Source of the DNA: Wolbachia endosymbiont of Dirofilaria (Dirofilaria) immitis
Lineage (GTDB): Bacteria; Pseudomonadota; Alphaproteobacteria; Rickettsiales; Anaplasmataceae
DNA length: 32,000 nucleotides
Direction of reading: 5' to 3'
NCBI RefSeq assembly: GCF_013365455.1
Contig: NZ_CP046578.1
Span: forward strand, 570,001-602,000
The position numbers were made by a program, and so were the translations under genes. Under the pieces are notes generated by a model, which worked only from the letters and a program-made list of their open reading frames with translations, searched no databases and was not told the DNA's origin. Below, piece by piece: positions 29,552-32,000 of the stretch (its first letter is position 1; each line of letters starts with the position of its first letter).

Positions 29552-29579
29552 ATTTTAATAAAAGCTAAAGCCAAGTCAA
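29552..29579 (-). promoter_or_regulatory. Candidate wsp promoter
   Basis: On the minus strand: TTGACT (29579-29574), 16-nt spacer, TAAAAT (29557-29552). This is about 40 nt upstream of the wsp ATG. Confidence 0.5.
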
Positions 29580-29803
29580 GCACTAACTTAATAACACAAA
29601 ATACTTGACGTACAAAATAATTTTTAGGGAAAAGTAAAGACTTTACCGATAAATCATGTAACTTTTCCGTAGATGATTTCTTTTGACTCTTTGCATTATC
29701 TTCTTACCACTAATACCCCATACCTTAGTGTGACAGATACATTATATAAAACAACGACAGCATTAGAAATACTAGAGAAGCTTAGTCATAATATAGAAAA
29801 ACT

Positions 29804-30136
29804 TTAAAAGGGAAGTTTAAATCCAGAAGGTAAACCCATCATACTTGCTAGATCAGAGGTTGCATTTGTTATATCCGCTTCTGCTTTTTTAATAGCATCG
29901 TTGAACGCTGCTGTTACTAAATCCTCTACTATGTCTTTCTCTTCATTTCTCATAAACTCTAAGTCTATATTTATCTTCTTAACTTTATAGCTACCTATCT
30001 TTATAACTTCTATTAACACGGACACTTTACCACCACCGGAAATACCCTTAAATTCTTTCCCAACATATTTTTCTTGAGCTTCTACAAGCTTCTTTTGCAT
30101 CTCTTGTGCTTGCCTCATTATTTGACTAAAATCCAC
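29804..30136 (-). CDS. ybaB: YbaB/EbfC family nucleoid-associated protein
   Basis: 110 aa (MDFSQIMRQAQEMQKKLVEAQEK...GGGKVSV...). It has a GTG start 3 nt after the dnaX stop, and dnaX-ybaB is a conserved pairing. Confidence 0.9.
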   Translation of the reverse strand: MDFSQIMRQAQEMQKKLVEAQEKYVGKEFKGISGGGKVSVLIEVIKIGSYKVKKINIDLEFMRNEEKDIVEDLVTAAFNDAIKKAEADITNATSDLASMMGLPSGFKLPF

Positions 30137-30139
30137 AAT

Positions 30140-31624
30140 TCACTCCTTACTCTCTATATTAACTATCTTTGCACCCTTAAACGTATCAAGTACATCTTTG
30201 ACTGTAGGTACATAATTTAAGTTACTTATTTCTCTGTTCATATAACATACATCAACTGTAACCAACCATTGTTGCTGAGTCACCTGATCCAAGTAATTTT
30301 TTAAGTCATTACAAAAATCACTACTCAATTGAGATATAGCTTTTAATCTTAAATATCCAGGTTTACAGTCTATTAATTGTAGATTACTACATAGCTGTTT
30401 GTAAAGATAAATTTGATTATCCTGTCGCAATAGTTGTTGAATTTTATCAAAATCATAATTTTTTTGCCGTATACTCTCCATAGTACAGATATCCTTTTGC
30501 TGTACATTTTGCGCAAGAACTTTTTTAACTACTTGCTCAGGAGAAGGCAAATCAGAAAGATAACAGAGACTGATGAGCATCATTTCAGCAGCAATATCAT
30601 TACATGATGAAGTCTTTATAGTTTGAACTCCCTTGAGCAATACTTTCCATAGCCTCGAGAAAAAGATTAAAGACTTCTTTACACTTAAGTCTTTAATCTT
30701 GTCTTTTCCACTTTCTAGCACTGAACTGTCAATCTCCTTTGTAATCAAAAAACGACATATTAACTGGATTGTTTGTAAAAGACTTTCAAAAATACTAAGT
30801 GGATTCGCTATCTTTGTTGCTTTGTCAAATATCAATAAAGCTTTTTGCAAATCACTATCTAATAGTGCTTCCATTAAATCAAATACACTACCTTCATCTA
30901 CCAAACCAAGTATTTCTATCACATCTTCAGTAGATATTAAGCTATCTTTACTATACAACATCGCTTGATTCATCAAAAATAAGGCGTTACGCATTGAATT
31001 GCTACAATGATGTGCAATTAACTCTGATGCTCTATTTTCAATCAAATAATTTTCTTTTTGTGCAATGTCATTTAAACGCTCTACTATTTTAGTTATAGGT
31101 ATTTTACATAAATCAAATCTTTGACAACGTGCAACAATAGTTATCGGCATCTTTTTTATTTCTGTAGTTGCCAAAATAAACTTTACGCTAGATGGTGGCT
31201 CTTCCAGGGTTTTAAGTAATGCATTAAACGCACTGCTCGATAACATATGCACTTCATCTATAATGTAAACTTTAAATTTAGAACTTATAGGTAAATAACA
31301 AACATCCTCTAATATTACTTTAATATCTTCGACACTAGTGTGACTTGCCGCATCGATTTCAATCACGTCTGAATGATTTGAGTTTTTTATCGCTAGACAA
31401 TTTTCACATGATCCACAAGGCTCAAAAGTTGGTCCTAAAGAACAATTCAAACATAAAGCTATTATTCTCGCTGTTGTAGTCTTACCAACTCCACTACTGC
31501 CAGAGAGTAATATAGATTGTGGAACCTTATTGAGAGTAAAAGCATTTTTTAGTACACGCACCAATATATCTTGACCTATCAAGTCTTTAAAACTATCAGG
31601 ACGATACTTTAATGCTATATTCAT
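30140..31624 (-). CDS. dnaX: DNA polymerase III subunit tau/gamma
   Basis: MNIALKYRPDSFKDLIGQ, Walker A (GSSGVGKTTTARI), zinc-module cysteines (CGSCENC), IIDEVHMLS and SRCQRF-like (ARCQRFDL) are present. I place the start at the ATG at 31624, which has GGAGG just upstream. The track's extra 14 N-terminal codons overlap the SRP RNA. Confidence 0.95.
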   Translation of the reverse strand: MNIALKYRPDSFKDLIGQDILVRVLKNAFTLNKVPQSILLSGSSGVGKTTTARIIALCLNCSLGPTFEPCGSCENCLAIKNSNHSDVIEIDAASHTSVEDIKVILEDVCYLPISSKFKVYIIDEVHMLSSSAFNALLKTLEEPPSSVKFILATTEIKKMPITIVARCQRFDLCKIPITKIVERLNDIAQKENYLIENRASELIAHHCSNSMRNALFLMNQAMLYSKDSLISTEDVIEILGLVDEGSVFDLMEALLDSDLQKALLIFDKATKIANPLSIFESLLQTIQLICRFLITKEIDSSVLESGKDKIKDLSVKKSLIFFSRLWKVLLKGVQTIKTSSCNDIAAEMMLISLCYLSDLPSPEQVVKKVLAQNVQQKDICTMESIRQKNYDFDKIQQLLRQDNQIYLYKQLCSNLQLIDCKPGYLRLKAISQLSSDFCNDLKNYLDQVTQQQWLVTVDVCYMNREISNLNYVPTVKDVLDTFKGAKIVNIESKE

Positions 31625-31651
31625 GCCTCCAACTAAACCAAATAACAAGAT

Positions 31652-31732
31652 AGGCATGCAACCCAAAAAAAAACTGATATGGCTGCTTCATTCCTGATCT
31701 GACCAAGTTACAGAGTTTTTGCCTGCATACCT
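31652..31732 (-). ncRNA. ffs: Signal recognition particle RNA (4.5S, small bacterial type)
   Basis: The minus strand reads AGGUAUGCAGGCAAAAACUCUGUAACUUGGUCAGAUCAGGAAUGAAGCAGCCAUAUCAGUUUUUUUUUGGGUUGCAUGCCU. The core GGUCAGAUCAGGAAUGAAGCAGCCA parallels E. coli 4.5S GGUCAGGUCCGGAAGGAAGCAGCCA, including the GGAA tetraloop closed by UCA/UGA. A terminal 9-bp stem pairs AGGUAUGCA with UGCAUGCCU. The position upstream of dnaX is a common synteny. The ends are approximate. Confidence 0.75.
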
Positions 31733-31737
31733 TATAA

Positions 31738-31765
31738 AATATAATACTTTTTTTTTATTTAGCAA
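31738..31765 (-). promoter_or_regulatory. Candidate ffs promoter
   Basis: On the minus strand: TTGCTA (31765-31760), 16-nt spacer, TATATT (31743-31738). The -10 element ends about 6 nt before the predicted RNA 5' stem. Confidence 0.45.
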
Positions 31766-32000
31766 GGTATATTCTATATTAGCCCTATAATTTGATATAT
31801 TAATTTCTTTATAATGCTATTATAATAGTAAACAAAAAGTCAGTTTATCATGTAAGTTACCTAAGATTATTATTCTTATGTCCATTTACGTTATCCAATA
31901 CTCATCATTTATCATCCAAGTATTTATGACACCTAAGTTGTACTGGAACAGCAAGGGGAAAAGTTTATGATTCTATATTACTTTCCTCTTTGTCCATTTT

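Noticed and set aside
31625-31666. N-terminal 14 codons of the track dnaX ORF (MGCMPILLFGLVGG)
   Set aside because: DnaX homology begins at MNIALKYRP (ATG at 31624 with GGAGG upstream), and the extension overlaps the 3' half of the SRP RNA.
1-32000. CRISPR arrays, rRNA, intact IS elements, prophage or group II intron sequences
   Set aside because: I found no regularly spaced direct repeats, no rRNA-like conserved blocks, no transposase, integrase or reverse-transcriptase ORFs, and no terminal inverted repeats flanking either desert.

Overview
AT-rich Anaplasmataceae chromosome segment that I assign to Wolbachia. The product of 28802-29512 matches the Wolbachia surface protein WSP, as I remember it, almost end to end. 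The minus-strand array tRNA-Leu, ribA, virB8-virB9-virB10-virB11-virD4, wspB is the characteristic Wolbachia type IV secretion locus. The rest is housekeeping. It comprises an edge-truncated sodium:alanine symporter that the ORF track missed, a secreted metallophosphoesterase, purL, an AddB-like nuclease, purF, nfu, hisS, an IalB-like protein, rpoH, wsp, ybaB and dnaX. An SRP (4.5S) RNA lies just upstream of dnaX; it is not in the ORF track and is overlapped by the track's over-extended dnaX start. By my sum of the listed CDS, roughly three quarters of the window is coding. The remainder is mainly two gene deserts (11153-16035, 4.9 kb; 21860-23747, 1.9 kb). These read like genes eroded past recognition, as expected for a reduced Wolbachia lineage. 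I see no CRISPR array, intact mobile element, rRNA or convincing novel multi-gene system. The best second-look items are the two deserts, a possible -1 frameshift site in dnaX at the tau-specific domain boundary, a large-PurL-type FGAM synthase lacking its glutaminase domain, the acidic FEDE-repeat tail of VirD4, an expanded VirB10 segment, and a GC-rich palindrome downstream of wspB. All family assignments come from motif recognition by eye; no searches were run.
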